A stretch of DNA of 64,000 nucleotides. Origin: a virus. Its lineage: Duplodnaviria; Caudoviricetes. A program made the translations under genes and the position numbers. The stretch covers positions 16,586-80,585 of the IMG/VR virus record IMGVR_UViG_2895221163_000002; one strand, written 5' to 3'. Shown here one piece after another: positions 1 to 9,223 of this stretch; the stretch's first letter is position 1, and each line of letters opens with the position of its first letter. The notes under the pieces are model-generated. The model was given only the letters and a program-made list of their open reading frames with translations. It made no database searches and was not told the origin of the DNA.

Positions 1-186
1 GCCAAGGATCCGATATCGCCGCGCCTTCTTGCCAAGGTCTTCAACCCAGACACCTGCGCGTCCGGGATAAGCATGCTCAGCCTGTTTGCGCCCACTGGAG
101 CCGCCGCTGCCGATCACGACAAACGGCACTCCACGGAACGAGCACTGAAGGTATTCAGCCGCCGTTCTGGCGAGAGTGCCGCTCAT
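1..186 (-). CDS. DNA circularization protein N-terminal part (Mu gpN-like), truncated by the window edge
   Basis: Manual translation MSGTLARTAAEYLQCSFRGVPF...GRKQAEHAYPGR..VEDLG; directly follows the tape measure gene. Confidence 0.85.
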   Translation of the reverse strand, partial: MSGTLARTAAEYLQCSFRGVPFVVIGSGGSSGRKQAEHAYPGRAGVWVEDLGKKARRYRILG

Positions 187-213
187 GTTAATTTTTCATC
201 CCTGATTTGAAGG

Positions 214-2076
214 TTAATTCCCCACAGCGGTCAGCGCCGGATCCATCGCCCGATGCTGGCTGATGGCATGGACTTTCAGCCCCGGTGTCGTGCTTTTCAC
301 CTGTACCGATGATCCGGGCGGAGCATTCCGGTGGTCGATTTCGACGCGCAGTTGGGCAGTTTTTTGATCAATACTTTGCAGCGCCGGCGGCAGGGATAAC
401 TTGGCATCACTGAGTTTGCTGGCCCAGTGATCCGCCATCTCACCACGAATAGAACCTTCGTCTGCCAAATTGGCGGGAACTTCATACCCATACGAAACGG
501 CCTGCGCCGCCTCTTGAGGGTTTCGGGCCATCCGGAGATTAGCGTCCGCGAGGGGGTACTTGTTCTTCAACTCCCAGTCATAGAACTGAAGCTGCTCAGC
601 AAAAGTTGAGTCCCGGATATTCTTACCCATGTGCTTTTCGAAAAGCTTCTGCCGGTCCGGATGCCATTGTCCAATCCCGTAAGCCGATCCATTGTCTCCA
701 ACGCTGTCAGGAAGGAACTGGCTTTCACGGTCGATATTCGCGACCATGCCAAGCGATTCAGTGCGAGAGCGACCTTGCGACCGAAAATAGTTATAAGCCG
801 CCTGCGCCTGCCCTTTTTCGCCTCCGGACAGACGCCAGATGCCGCGGCCGATGTGGTTACTGGCAGACGGCGGAGCGGTTTTAGGATCTTTGTAGTGCTC
901 CCACGCAAGATAGAGCGCCCCAAGTCCTGCTATTGCACCGGTTGCAGCAAGGCCAATCCCCCCGATCGCCGTTGAGATACCAAGTATTGCCGTCGCAAGA
1001 GTTGCGACCCCAGCCAACACTGGCGCCGCATACAGCACCGCAATCCCTCCAAGAGCGATTTTCCCGGCAGTTCTCCAGCCACCCAAACCATCAACGACGA
1101 GCAGAACTTCGTCATATACGCCCCTGATATCACCCTTGATTTGGCTCCATCCGCCTGTCCGAAGCCAGGTGATGAAGCGGTGAACATATCCGGCGATATC
1201 CTGGGCAATCCACTCTCGGTTTGCCGAAATCCAGTCCCGCATCTCATTGACGACAGGCGTGATCACTGGCTCAACAGCCTGAGCCAGCGAATACCCAAAC
1301 CCTTCAACTGCTTCCGTAAGTCCTGTCTGAGCCTGACGAAGCCGATCAGCGGCGTCAGCTCCGGCCCGGTTCATGACGCCCAGTCGTTCAGCTTCCTTTA
1401 CGTTGGCCTGATACTGCTCTTCGGTTTGTTGCAGGATTGGCATCAACCCTTGCGCCGCCCCACCAAAGATCTGCGTTGCAGCGATCACCTTGGCGGCCGG
1501 GTCACGGATCGAACGGATACGCTTGGCGACCCGTTCAAACATGTCATCGGGCTTCATCCGCTGCAGTTCCTGCAGACTGATTCCAAGAGCTTTGAACTGG
1601 ACAATAGCTTCCGGAGCAAAGCCGTGCGTAGCTTCCCAACGGGTCTGCGAAAGTCCCTGCAAAGCGCTGGACATCGCCTCTTCAGAGCCACCTGACAGAC
1701 GCGCCGCGTTTTGCATCGCCATGAGACGATTAGGCGCCATCCCCATGGAATTTGCCGCGGTTCTCAGGTTCGTTCCGAACTGGCCCCAGGCACTTGCCAG
1801 CTTATAGATGCCCGCTATGGACGCTGCTCCCGTAATCGTCCCGAGAACAGGAACGATCTGCGAAAGCGAACGGAACATGCCAAGACCAGCGCGGGCAACC
1901 TTGCCGACACCGCTTTGGAGGCGTGTCAGACCTGTAACGCTTGAAAAGCGATTGACGGCAGCCATTGTCCGCCGAACAGGAGCCTGAATAGCCGCGATCC
2001 TGGCATTGATGCGCTCAAGCGTCTGAGACGCCCGATCGACAGCCGAGATCGTTACCTTAACGCCTTTGTTGGCCAT
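214..2076 (-). CDS. Tail tape measure protein with C-terminal phage tail lysozyme domain
   Basis: Ala/Gly-rich helical protein after the chaperones; C-terminal GMVANIDRESQF..GDNGSAYGIGQW motif. Confidence 0.85.
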   Translation of the reverse strand: MANKGVKVTISAVDRASQTLERINARIAAIQAPVRRTMAAVNRFSSVTGLTRLQSGVGKVARAGLGMFRSLSQIVPVLGTITGAASIAGIYKLASAWGQFGTNLRTAANSMGMAPNRLMAMQNAARLSGGSEEAMSSALQGLSQTRWEATHGFAPEAIVQFKALGISLQELQRMKPDDMFERVAKRIRSIRDPAAKVIAATQIFGGAAQGLMPILQQTEEQYQANVKEAERLGVMNRAGADAADRLRQAQTGLTEAVEGFGYSLAQAVEPVITPVVNEMRDWISANREWIAQDIAGYVHRFITWLRTGGWSQIKGDIRGVYDEVLLVVDGLGGWRTAGKIALGGIAVLYAAPVLAGVATLATAILGISTAIGGIGLAATGAIAGLGALYLAWEHYKDPKTAPPSASNHIGRGIWRLSGGEKGQAQAAYNYFRSQGRSRTESLGMVANIDRESQFLPDSVGDNGSAYGIGQWHPDRQKLFEKHMGKNIRDSTFAEQLQFYDWELKNKYPLADANLRMARNPQEAAQAVSYGYEVPANLADEGSIRGEMADHWASKLSDAKLSLPPALQSIDQKTAQLRVEIDHRNAPPGSSVQVKSTTPGLKVHAISQHRAMDPALTAVGN

Positions 2077-2248
2077 TCCGCTTGGCGTCCTTTTGGTGCT
2101 GTTCTGAGATCCGGTTCGCTTCTTCGACGTATCGCCAAAGATCTGTTCCGGTCAGATCTTCAGTTTCTGACCTGGACCAACCCGAGAAGAACTGGCTCAG
2201 ATCTCCTGGTAGGCTGTCCCAGTTGGCGGGCCAGGTATAAAAAAACCC
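2057..2248 (-). CDS. -1 frameshift extension of the tail assembly chaperone (P2 gpE'/lambda gpT-like)
   Basis: GGGTTTTTTT slippery site at 2239-2248; the -1 frame reads YTWPANWDSLPGDLSQFFSGWSRSETEDLTGTDLWRYVEEANRI...stop. Confidence 0.75.
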   Translation of the reverse strand, partial: GFFYTWPANWDSLPGDLSQFFSGWSRSETEDLTGTDLWRYVEEANRISEQHQKDAKRNGQQRR

Positions 2249-2883
2249 GTCACGTAGTCTGCCGCCTCCGCAAACTTACTGATCGGCAGCCGCAGCAACG
2301 CAGCGCGATGCCATTCGCTGATTTCCTCTACCAAGGCCATTTCAGCCCGGAGCGCAGCCTCAATGGTGCCGGCACCTTCCCCCGATTTGAACCGCCGGCG
2401 TTCAGCTACAGAAGGCTCACGCAGCCTCATTTCGCTAAATTCTTTGCCGCCGCCTGGAATAGCGTCCCTAAAGATCAGGACCTTTTCAGGCCGGAGATCG
2501 AGGCTGCCCTGTAGATCGGGATCGTTCATTTCCCGCCGTGCGCCACGCTCAAAGGCTGTGACGTATTCAACAGCACGATCCAGCGCGCGCGACGGCAGTT
2601 TCTGGATAACCACCTGCGGCACCCCAGCCGCTTTGGCGACAAGGACAATCTGGCTGTCATAGATGGACTGGAGCGACGGACGCTTGCCAATTACCTGAGC
2701 TGCGCCAAGGACGTCATACAATGAAGGCTCACACAGATTGAGCCGGTCATATTCCTTCCCCTGATGCAGGATCGGAGTATCGAGTACGACGACACTATTG
2801 TCCTCTTCGTCGCTCTCGACGCCCTGGAAACCACTCGGAGAATAGAGCTCGAGGAGTTCCGCGTCAGACAACCCTCGGCTCAT
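2197..2883 (-). CDS. Tail assembly chaperone with a tandemly duplicated domain
   Basis: Lies between tube and TMP; two copies of GKE(Y/F)..L.L.EPS...YVT.F. Confidence 0.8.
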   Translation of the reverse strand: MSRGLSDAELLELYSPSGFQGVESDEEDNSVVVLDTPILHQGKEYDRLNLCEPSLYDVLGAAQVIGKRPSLQSIYDSQIVLVAKAAGVPQVVIQKLPSRALDRAVEYVTAFERGARREMNDPDLQGSLDLRPEKVLIFRDAIPGGGKEFSEMRLREPSVAERRRFKSGEGAGTIEAALRAEMALVEEISEWHRAALLRLPISKFAEAADYVTGFFIPGPPTGTAYQEI

Positions 2884-3266
2884 CCCGACACCACATCCAC
2901 GGTCACGCTGTCGCTTTCAACGTGCAGCTCGAACGTGCCTTCCTGAGTGTTGATATTGATATTCTCGGTCTGCCAACCATTATCGACGGTCACGACTTTG
3001 CCGTTGGCCTGTTCGATAATGATCGTCAGGCCGCTTGCGCCCTGGAAATCCAGCGGGTTCGTGTCACGACGGTCACGCAGGGTCATCTGAGCGAAACCCT
3101 GCGTCGGCATCTGCGAGAAACCCTCGACAGCGGACTGCCCCTTGAGGGTTTCGTTCTGCATCCCTGCCGCCTGATACTGGCACTCCCCCACGACGTTATA
3201 GACGACGCCGTTAATGGTCGCGGTCGCGGTACCCGCAAGGGGGCCACGATATACGGATCCCGACAT
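2880..3266 (-). CDS. Tail tube protein (Mu gpM-like)
   Basis: 128 aa directly after the sheath gene; LAGTATATING...ETLKGQ..VEGF motif. Confidence 0.85.
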   Translation of the reverse strand: MSGSVYRGPLAGTATATINGVVYNVVGECQYQAAGMQNETLKGQSAVEGFSQMPTQGFAQMTLRDRRDTNPLDFQGASGLTIIIEQANGKVVTVDNGWQTENININTQEGTFELHVESDSVTVDVVSG

Positions 3267-3275
3267 GGGCCCTCC

Positions 3276-4754
3276 TTAGGATTTTACGAACTGGACGCTG
3301 CCGGCGATGATCCGGAGCTGATTGGCGAAGTCGTACGGCATCAGCAGCTTGACGACGCCGTTGCCCGTATTCTCCGCAACGATATTGGCGGCGAATGTAT
3401 CTGCATTCTGAACCCAGAGCTGTGTTGCCTGCCAGCGGTACCGCGATGCACAGGCCTTGCCGATCAGCTTCGCCGTGGTCGCTTTGGCACCAGCCGGGAT
3501 CTTGGTCCCGTCAGCGACAAGGATGCACCCGCCATACTGGCTTCCGAGGAAGATCCGCATGTCTTGCATGCAGATCTCTGCCGTCAGCATGGTCTCGATA
3601 TCGAGATAGCTGTTATCCGGTAGACCCGAGGCGTTGGTCTGGTAGGTTGTCACCAGGCGCTCGATATTGACCGTGCCGCTGTCGTCGACGGTGAAGGTCG
3701 AGAGGCCATCATACAGGAGGCTGTTGCGCTGCTCTGTTGAGTAGCGGCCAGCATCGGTCGGCGGCATGACAGTCAGGGACAGTGCCGTGATCGGCAGCGC
3801 CGGATTGCTCCGCATGCTCATCGCCGTTCGCGCTGCCACCTGAGCCGCCCAGGAAAGAGGATCAGACGGACTGTCCCCGATCGGCATGACCGTCGCGTGC
3901 TGATCATTCTGTGTCAGCCCGAAAGCTGTCGCCTGCCCGTATGTTCCACGATAGGCCGTGATGGCATGCCCGTAGAGCTGAAGCATCGGCGACCACCGAC
4001 CAGCCGTATCGTTCAGCCATGCCTTCAGCGCGACCAGAGAGCCGCTATCCGTATAGGGGTGGCTGATCAGGTCATAAACGCGTTCGCCCTGTGTCGCGAG
4101 AGACGTCGCCAGCGTGGTCGGGTTCGTCTTGCCTCCGGACATCTGACCCAGAGCAACCGTCAGACCAGACGGAACCGACTGACCACCGGCAGTTCCGAGT
4201 ACAGCAACTCCCAGAAGAATATCATTGCCAGACATTCCCTTGTTAATCGCAGTCAGCGTCACCGTCCCCGTTGACGAGGTCACAGATACCGGCAGAGCCG
4301 AGACGGCCGCCGCAGCGGTAGCGACACCAGAAGCGACCGTCGCGGCAGTATCACCCGCATTGACCGCGACACTGATCAGCTGATCGCCGACGTACAGCGG
4401 AAGCGTTCCCGCTTCTGTCGCGGCCCCGGAAATCGTGAATGTGCCTGTGGCAGCAGTAGCCGATGAATCATCGGTCAGCGGAAGAACCCAGATCTCACCT
4501 TGCGTGTCGATAGCCCGGTAGGCCTTGACCAAACGCGCGCACTGAGAAGCCGCGCCATATTTGCTGACCGCATCCGAATAACCGCCCGAGAGCGTGGCAA
4601 CGCCAGCAACACCGCTGCCTGCGACCATCTGACCAATGATCAGCACGCGACGAGCGACAGCAGCCGTATTGGCCTTGGAGTTATCCAGAGCAAAGTAGAG
4701 ACCCGGAACCCGGTTCGTGTCCGAGTAATTCGGTACCGTGATGGATCCGCTCAT
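3276..4754 (-). CDS. Tail sheath protein (Mu gpL-like)
   Basis: RVPGLYFALDNSKAN, RNSLLYDGLST and YQTNASG..DNSYLDIET motifs. Confidence 0.93.
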   Translation of the reverse strand: MSGSITVPNYSDTNRVPGLYFALDNSKANTAAVARRVLIIGQMVAGSGVAGVATLSGGYSDAVSKYGAASQCARLVKAYRAIDTQGEIWVLPLTDDSSATAATGTFTISGAATEAGTLPLYVGDQLISVAVNAGDTAATVASGVATAAAAVSALPVSVTSSTGTVTLTAINKGMSGNDILLGVAVLGTAGGQSVPSGLTVALGQMSGGKTNPTTLATSLATQGERVYDLISHPYTDSGSLVALKAWLNDTAGRWSPMLQLYGHAITAYRGTYGQATAFGLTQNDQHATVMPIGDSPSDPLSWAAQVAARTAMSMRSNPALPITALSLTVMPPTDAGRYSTEQRNSLLYDGLSTFTVDDSGTVNIERLVTTYQTNASGLPDNSYLDIETMLTAEICMQDMRIFLGSQYGGCILVADGTKIPAGAKATTAKLIGKACASRYRWQATQLWVQNADTFAANIVAENTGNGVVKLLMPYDFANQLRIIAGSVQFVKS

Positions 4755-4966
4755 GCCGCGGGTTCCTTTTCGGGCTCAGGGATTGCAGGAGACGCAGCCA
4801 CTTCCGGCGCGGCGGGGGAGGCCTGCTCTTTGACCTCTTCGATATCGCCGTGCTTCAGGGCGAGAAGCCAGAAAGAGGTTTCAGGCACTTTCTCACCATC
4901 CGACTTGAGCAGCCGCATGGATCCGGGCCAGCGCACCGCTCGCCCGTCAGCAGGTTTTACAAACAT
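4751..4966 (-). CDS. DUF2635-like small tail protein (Mu gp38-like)
   Basis: MFVKPADGRAVRWP...VPETSFW...GDI, immediately upstream of the sheath gene. Confidence 0.8.
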   Translation of the reverse strand: MFVKPADGRAVRWPGSMRLLKSDGEKVPETSFWLLALKHGDIEEVKEQASPAAPEVAASPAIPEPEKEPAA

Positions 4967-4974
4967 GGATTCCC

Positions 4975-5496
4975 CTATTCGGACGGAAACTTAACCGTCA
5001 TGCCCGCGAATACGGGCTGGTCTGCCGTCCTGAGAGTTGCATCAATTTCGGTGAGCGGTACGCCATCAGGCGGGTAGGTCTCGATATACTGGAAACCGAG
5101 GATCATCTTGAACTCGCCGATGTGCGCGTTTCCCTCGCTGCTGATTTCCGTCGCGGTGGAAAATTCGGAAACCTGACTGATTGCGGCCTGCAGAGGCACA
5201 TCCCGCATCAGAGCGAGTTCGATTTCTTCAGCGAACCTGTCGAGTAAAGCTTCGACTTTCGAAGGCGTCCCCGCTGAAACGTATCCCCTGATTCCCATCG
5301 TGGACGTACGTTCGAACTGGACTTGGGCAGGACCCGGGCTTTCCCCACGATCCTCATAAATCTGCAGGTATAATGCTGGGAGGTTCCGCTCCCCGATTGG
5401 CAAAGACCGGCCTACGAAGACATTCTCACCAGCCATTGTGCCGGCACACTTGAGCGCCGAGACCGCGAGATCACGGATAATCACCCGGTAGAGCAT
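4975..5496 (-). CDS. Putative tail completion/terminator protein
   Basis: Position in the neck module; VFVGRSLPI...LPALYLQ pattern; start chosen at MLYRV. Confidence 0.6.
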   Translation of the reverse strand: MLYRVIIRDLAVSALKCAGTMAGENVFVGRSLPIGERNLPALYLQIYEDRGESPGPAQVQFERTSTMGIRGYVSAGTPSKVEALLDRFAEEIELALMRDVPLQAAISQVSEFSTATEISSEGNAHIGEFKMILGFQYIETYPPDGVPLTEIDATLRTADQPVFAGMTVKFPSE

Positions 5497-5836
5497 CGTT
5501 TTCTCCGGTCGCATCATTCAGAATGAGCAGAGCCCCTCCTCGCCCGTCAGGCTGTACCTCATGAATGCGATACATTTTGCCGCGCATCTCGATCAGGTCC
5601 CCCTGATCAGGCTCAACTGCCAGCGCGCTCAACTGAATCCCGAGAACCGGACGGGATGTCGTGACGTGAACACCACCCATCCCATCATCCCCACCAAGCG
5701 GATCCAGAGGATAATAAGCGTCATCGTATACGCCCGTCATCGCTACCCAATCGCCCAGGCGGCCGGACTGCCACCTTGCAGACTCTGCAAAAGTCGTCAT
5801 GCAGGGCCCAAGCGCCAGCTTGTCGAAATCAATCAT
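5471..5836 (-). CDS. Head-tail joining protein (lambda FII-like)
   Basis: PDQGDLIEM..YRIHEVQPDGRG motif; synteny. Confidence 0.7.
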   Translation of the reverse strand: MIDFDKLALGPCMTTFAESARWQSGRLGDWVAMTGVYDDAYYPLDPLGGDDGMGGVHVTTSRPVLGIQLSALAVEPDQGDLIEMRGKMYRIHEVQPDGRGGALLILNDATGENDALPGDYP

Positions 5837-5860
5837 TGATGGCCCTGCTTTCAAGATGAA

Positions 5861-6175
5861 TCAGGCCACGACAGGCGGTTTTGGTGGGGGAGGATCAATA
5901 GGAGGCGGCATGGCCTTACCCCCCGAAACAGGGTCGCCCAGATCCTTGTCGCCCTCGTTTTCCTCATCCTGATCATCAGGATCGAGATCAGGGCCTGTCA
6001 TGTCTTCGTCCGTCGTCGGCATGCGTGCCGGCAGACAGTGTCCACAAGCCACCATCTGTCGGGCTTCTTTCGCGGCGAGCACGACAATGTCCCCCTCCTC
6101 GAGGAGTTCACCGTCATGCCGAAAACGGCGCCCAGAGGCGACTTCAACTGCGAGTTTGCGATCTTTCCGGGCCAT
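5861..6175 (-). CDS. Small hypothetical head-associated protein
   Basis: Follows the capsid gene; RFRHDGELLEEGD motif with an acidic/Pro-rich tail. Confidence 0.5.
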   Translation of the reverse strand: MARKDRKLAVEVASGRRFRHDGELLEEGDIVVLAAKEARQMVACGHCLPARMPTTDEDMTGPDLDPDDQDEENEGDKDLGDPVSGGKAMPPPIDPPPPKPPVVA

Positions 6176-6177
6176 GA

Positions 6178-7257
6178 TCAGGTCGCCGCGCTGGTGACAG
6201 TGGCTGCCAGACAGGCATTAACCCGGCTGGGGATAACGAGCGGCGCAGACTGCATCATCAGGAAACGCTGAGCCGGGTCTTCCTGCATCCAGGACTTCGG
6301 CGCATAGGCTGTCGCCACATAACCCAGAGCAGGATCCTTGATGGCGCCATAAGCGCGGCTTCCGTTGAGCTGGTCAGAAACAGCCAGAACAGTCCCATCC
6401 GGGATCATCGGCAGTTCCTTATTGTCGTCGTCGACGTACCAGTCGTTATACAGCCAGACGCGATAGGTGCCCCAGTATCCCATCAGGACTGCACCAGGAG
6501 CGGCTACAGGCCCCTGCATGAGACGGGTGTCGTCGTTGGCGCGTACCGCCGAGTTCAGGATGGCGTTCTTGACCTCATCATCCTTGATGAGGGCGTTGTA
6601 AGGCGAATTGGTGAAGATCAGGTCGGTAATCTGGGCTCCACTGGCCTTCAGCATCTGAACCGACCACTCCCGGACGCTGTTCGTCGGGTTGGCTACGGTG
6701 CCCGCAGCGTCCCACAGGCTTGTGCCAGTTTCGACGATTGTCAGGCTCGGGTCGCGCTGGAAATCGATGGTCGAGGTCGGGAAACCATCTCCCGAGACCG
6801 TCAGCTTGCCCGTAACGAGCGCCTGGGCTGCCATCCATTCCTGACGACGCTTGAGCATGTCGACCTGATCGGCCAGCTCGAAGACCAGATTGGCCTCCAT
6901 ACGCTCGCCAGCCGTCAGGGGAGCGCCGCCGTTGATCAGCTCACCGCCCGCGATGCGCTCGCCAAGCATACGGCGGACGGGACGCATCAGATCCGGAGCG
7001 CGCTTGTCCTTGATGTAAGGCGGCTCGAAGACGTTCGTCTGGATACGACGTGCTTCGACAAGTCTGCCCTCTACGAGCGGACTGACGAACGGCGACATCC
7101 GGCGCTTGCCGACGTCGACATCGATCGACACGTACTGAGTGTCGCTTTCCACGATGTTCGGAAAGAAACCGTCCAGCAGAAAGGTCTGGGCCACCTTGAG
7201 GTTGGCAACAACCTGAATCAGGACGTTTGTGTCAAAGATGGAGATCGCTTGAGTCAC
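6178..7257 (-). CDS. Major capsid protein (lambda gpE family)
   Basis: RRMSPFVSPLVEG, RRQEWMAAQAL.TGK and KSWMQEDP..RFLMMQSAPL motifs. Confidence 0.95.
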   Translation of the reverse strand: MTQAISIFDTNVLIQVVANLKVAQTFLLDGFFPNIVESDTQYVSIDVDVGKRRMSPFVSPLVEGRLVEARRIQTNVFEPPYIKDKRAPDLMRPVRRMLGERIAGGELINGGAPLTAGERMEANLVFELADQVDMLKRRQEWMAAQALVTGKLTVSGDGFPTSTIDFQRDPSLTIVETGTSLWDAAGTVANPTNSVREWSVQMLKASGAQITDLIFTNSPYNALIKDDEVKNAILNSAVRANDDTRLMQGPVAAPGAVLMGYWGTYRVWLYNDWYVDDDNKELPMIPDGTVLAVSDQLNGSRAYGAIKDPALGYVATAYAPKSWMQEDPAQRFLMMQSAPLVIPSRVNACLAATVTSAAT

Positions 7258-7268
7258 AACGCTATTCC

Positions 7269-7691
7269 TCAGGTCGGGTCAGCCGCGCTTACGGCAGACT
7301 TCAGGTAGATGTTGTTCGGGCGGAAGGCGGCTTTCAGGGTGGCAGCTGCCCAGCCGGTACCCATGGTGACGGCGTTTTCATTGAACTCGCCTGTCAGATA
7401 GACACCCGCCCCGACAACGTCTCCGGCGGTCGTGTCATAGGTGTCGGCCAGGATCACCACCGGGGCCTGACTGCCATCGGTGGCTGCCGATGCGGACGGA
7501 ATATACTTGCCGGAGGCCGTCACGAGCCCAAGGGCTGTTCCACGCGCCACAATGCCATTTCCGCCCGCAAGTGTGACGTTGTCGGTGACCCGAGGGTAGA
7601 CGCCGGCGATCAGCTGATCGGGCTGATACGTGGCATCGAACATGGCTGGCGTCTGGGGATAGATGCCGTTTACGGAGTTGGTATCACTCAT
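7269..7691 (-). CDS. Head decoration protein (lambda gpD family)
   Basis: RGTALGLVTASGKY...ATDGSQ.P..IL...YLTGEFN motif. Confidence 0.9.
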   Translation of the reverse strand: MSDTNSVNGIYPQTPAMFDATYQPDQLIAGVYPRVTDNVTLAGGNGIVARGTALGLVTASGKYIPSASAATDGSQAPVVILADTYDTTAGDVVGAGVYLTGEFNENAVTMGTGWAAATLKAAFRPNNIYLKSAVSAADPT

Positions 7692-7696
7692 GATGC

Positions 7697-8374
7697 TTAC
7701 TTCCTGAAGGCGCGAGCGCGTTCGACCATACGGGCCGCGACGGATCTCGGTGATGACGGATCAGGGCGCCCCTGCCGCTCTTCCTGCGCAGGGATTGGGG
7801 CGCGGCGAGAGCGCGACATGCGCTGATCGAGGGCGCTGATTGCGGAAGATTGATTCTCTTCCTCAAATTCTGCCTCGACCGCAGACGCCTTTGCTGGCGC
7901 ACGAACACCAGACGCCATCGATCCATTCAGAATGCTGATGGCCTTGCTGCGCGGCAGATTTGTCGTGAAGGCCAGCTCCGCCGCGAGCGCAGGGTTTGCG
8001 GCAGCACCAGGCGCGGAGAAGATTGCCGCTCCACGGCCACGCTCACGGGCGCGGGCAGAGGCCTTCTCCCCGTCGTCTTCATCCTCTTCGTCGGAAGCAT
8101 CATCGCCCTCTTCTTCAGCGACCTCATCGTCCTGTCCGTCCGAATCCTCGTCGCCGTCATCATCGGCGCGACCCGCCTTCTTGGCCTTTTTGGCTTTCTT
8201 GGACTTGTCAGCGCGACGCGCCTTACGGTTCTTGGGCTTCTCGTCTTCACCCTCGTCCTCACCGCCCTCGTTTTCAGACGAGTTGGCGTTGTGATCATCG
8301 GTGTTGTTCTCATCGTCTTCCGCAGCCCGTGCGGGCGCGCGGAAAAGGTGGGCAAACCGGGAAGGCTTGGCCAT
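7697..8374 (-). CDS. Putative capsid scaffolding protein
   Basis: Lies between protease and decoration genes; highly charged low-complexity sequence followed by ARERGR.AAIF. Confidence 0.55.
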   Translation of the reverse strand: MAKPSRFAHLFRAPARAAEDDENNTDDHNANSSENEGGEDEGEDEKPKNRKARRADKSKKAKKAKKAGRADDDGDEDSDGQDDEVAEEEGDDASDEEDEDDGEKASARARERGRGAAIFSAPGAAANPALAAELAFTTNLPRSKAISILNGSMASGVRAPAKASAVEAEFEEENQSSAISALDQRMSRSRRAPIPAQEERQGRPDPSSPRSVAARMVERARAFRK

Positions 8375-8393
8375 AGACTGTCTCCCAGACATG

Positions 8394-8413
8394 AAAAAGG
8401 CCCCAGAGGGGCC
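8394..8413 (-). terminator. Intrinsic terminator-like hairpin
   Basis: GGCCCC-TCT-GGGGCC-TTTTT on the minus strand. Confidence 0.5.
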
Positions 8414-8425
8414 GGTTTTTGAAGT

Positions 8426-9223
8426 TCAGAGCTTGAGAAAGGCGGCTATGGCCTCTTCCGGCGTGGCGATCTCGTCTGCCAGGCCGATCTCCACCCCATG
8501 CCGCCCCAAATAGGTACCGGCCTGGGTATTTCTCACCACGTCCGCTTCAATCCCGCGATTACGCGCGACTGTCTGCACAAAGAAATCGCCCATTTCATCG
8601 ATTTCTGCCTGCGCCCGCTCACGAGCAGGATCCGTCATCGGCGTGGTTGGATAACCATCAGTCTTTCGGGCGCCGTACTGGAATGTCGTCACCTTGATGC
8701 CAGCCTTGTCCAGCGCATCCGTGATGTCGACATGCATGCCGACGCAACCGATCGATCCGGTTCCACCCATCTGCGGAACCGTGATGAAATCAGCTGCTGA
8801 AGCGACGGCATAGGCCGCCGAGAAGGCTGCATCATTCAGGATCGCCCAGATCGGCTTTTCCCCCCGCGCCCGATAAATCATCTCGGCAGTATCAAAGCAT
8901 TCACTTACGGTCCCGCCTGGAGAATTCACCATCAGTGCAATCCGGCTGACGGATGCGTCGTCAAGCGCCGCATTCAGGGCTTTTCGGATGTCCTGATAAT
9001 ATGTTGCCCCAGACCAGCTCCATCCGGTTCCCGGAAGAAGAATTCCGGAGACCGGGATCAGAGCGACGCCCTGCACGACTTCATATGACTGGGCCTCAGT
9101 GTCACGCTCACCAAAGAAGGCCTCAGCCCCCGCTCCGGCCTCAAACGACCGCTTCAGCAATGCTGATCGAGCGTTCGACAGCATCAGTGGCCGATTCAGG
9201 AAAAGAGATGCGGCCTGTGTCAT
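8426..9223 (-). CDS. S49 family prohead protease (lambda gpC-like)
   Basis: VNSPGG, AFSAAYAVASAAD and GSIGCV motifs; ATGA overlap with the portal stop. Confidence 0.92.
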   Translation of the reverse strand: MTQAASLFLNRPLMLSNARSALLKRSFEAGAGAEAFFGERDTEAQSYEVVQGVALIPVSGILLPGTGWSWSGATYYQDIRKALNAALDDASVSRIALMVNSPGGTVSECFDTAEMIYRARGEKPIWAILNDAAFSAAYAVASAADFITVPQMGGTGSIGCVGMHVDITDALDKAGIKVTTFQYGARKTDGYPTTPMTDPARERAQAEIDEMGDFFVQTVARNRGIEADVVRNTQAGTYLGRHGVEIGLADEIATPEEAIAAFLKL

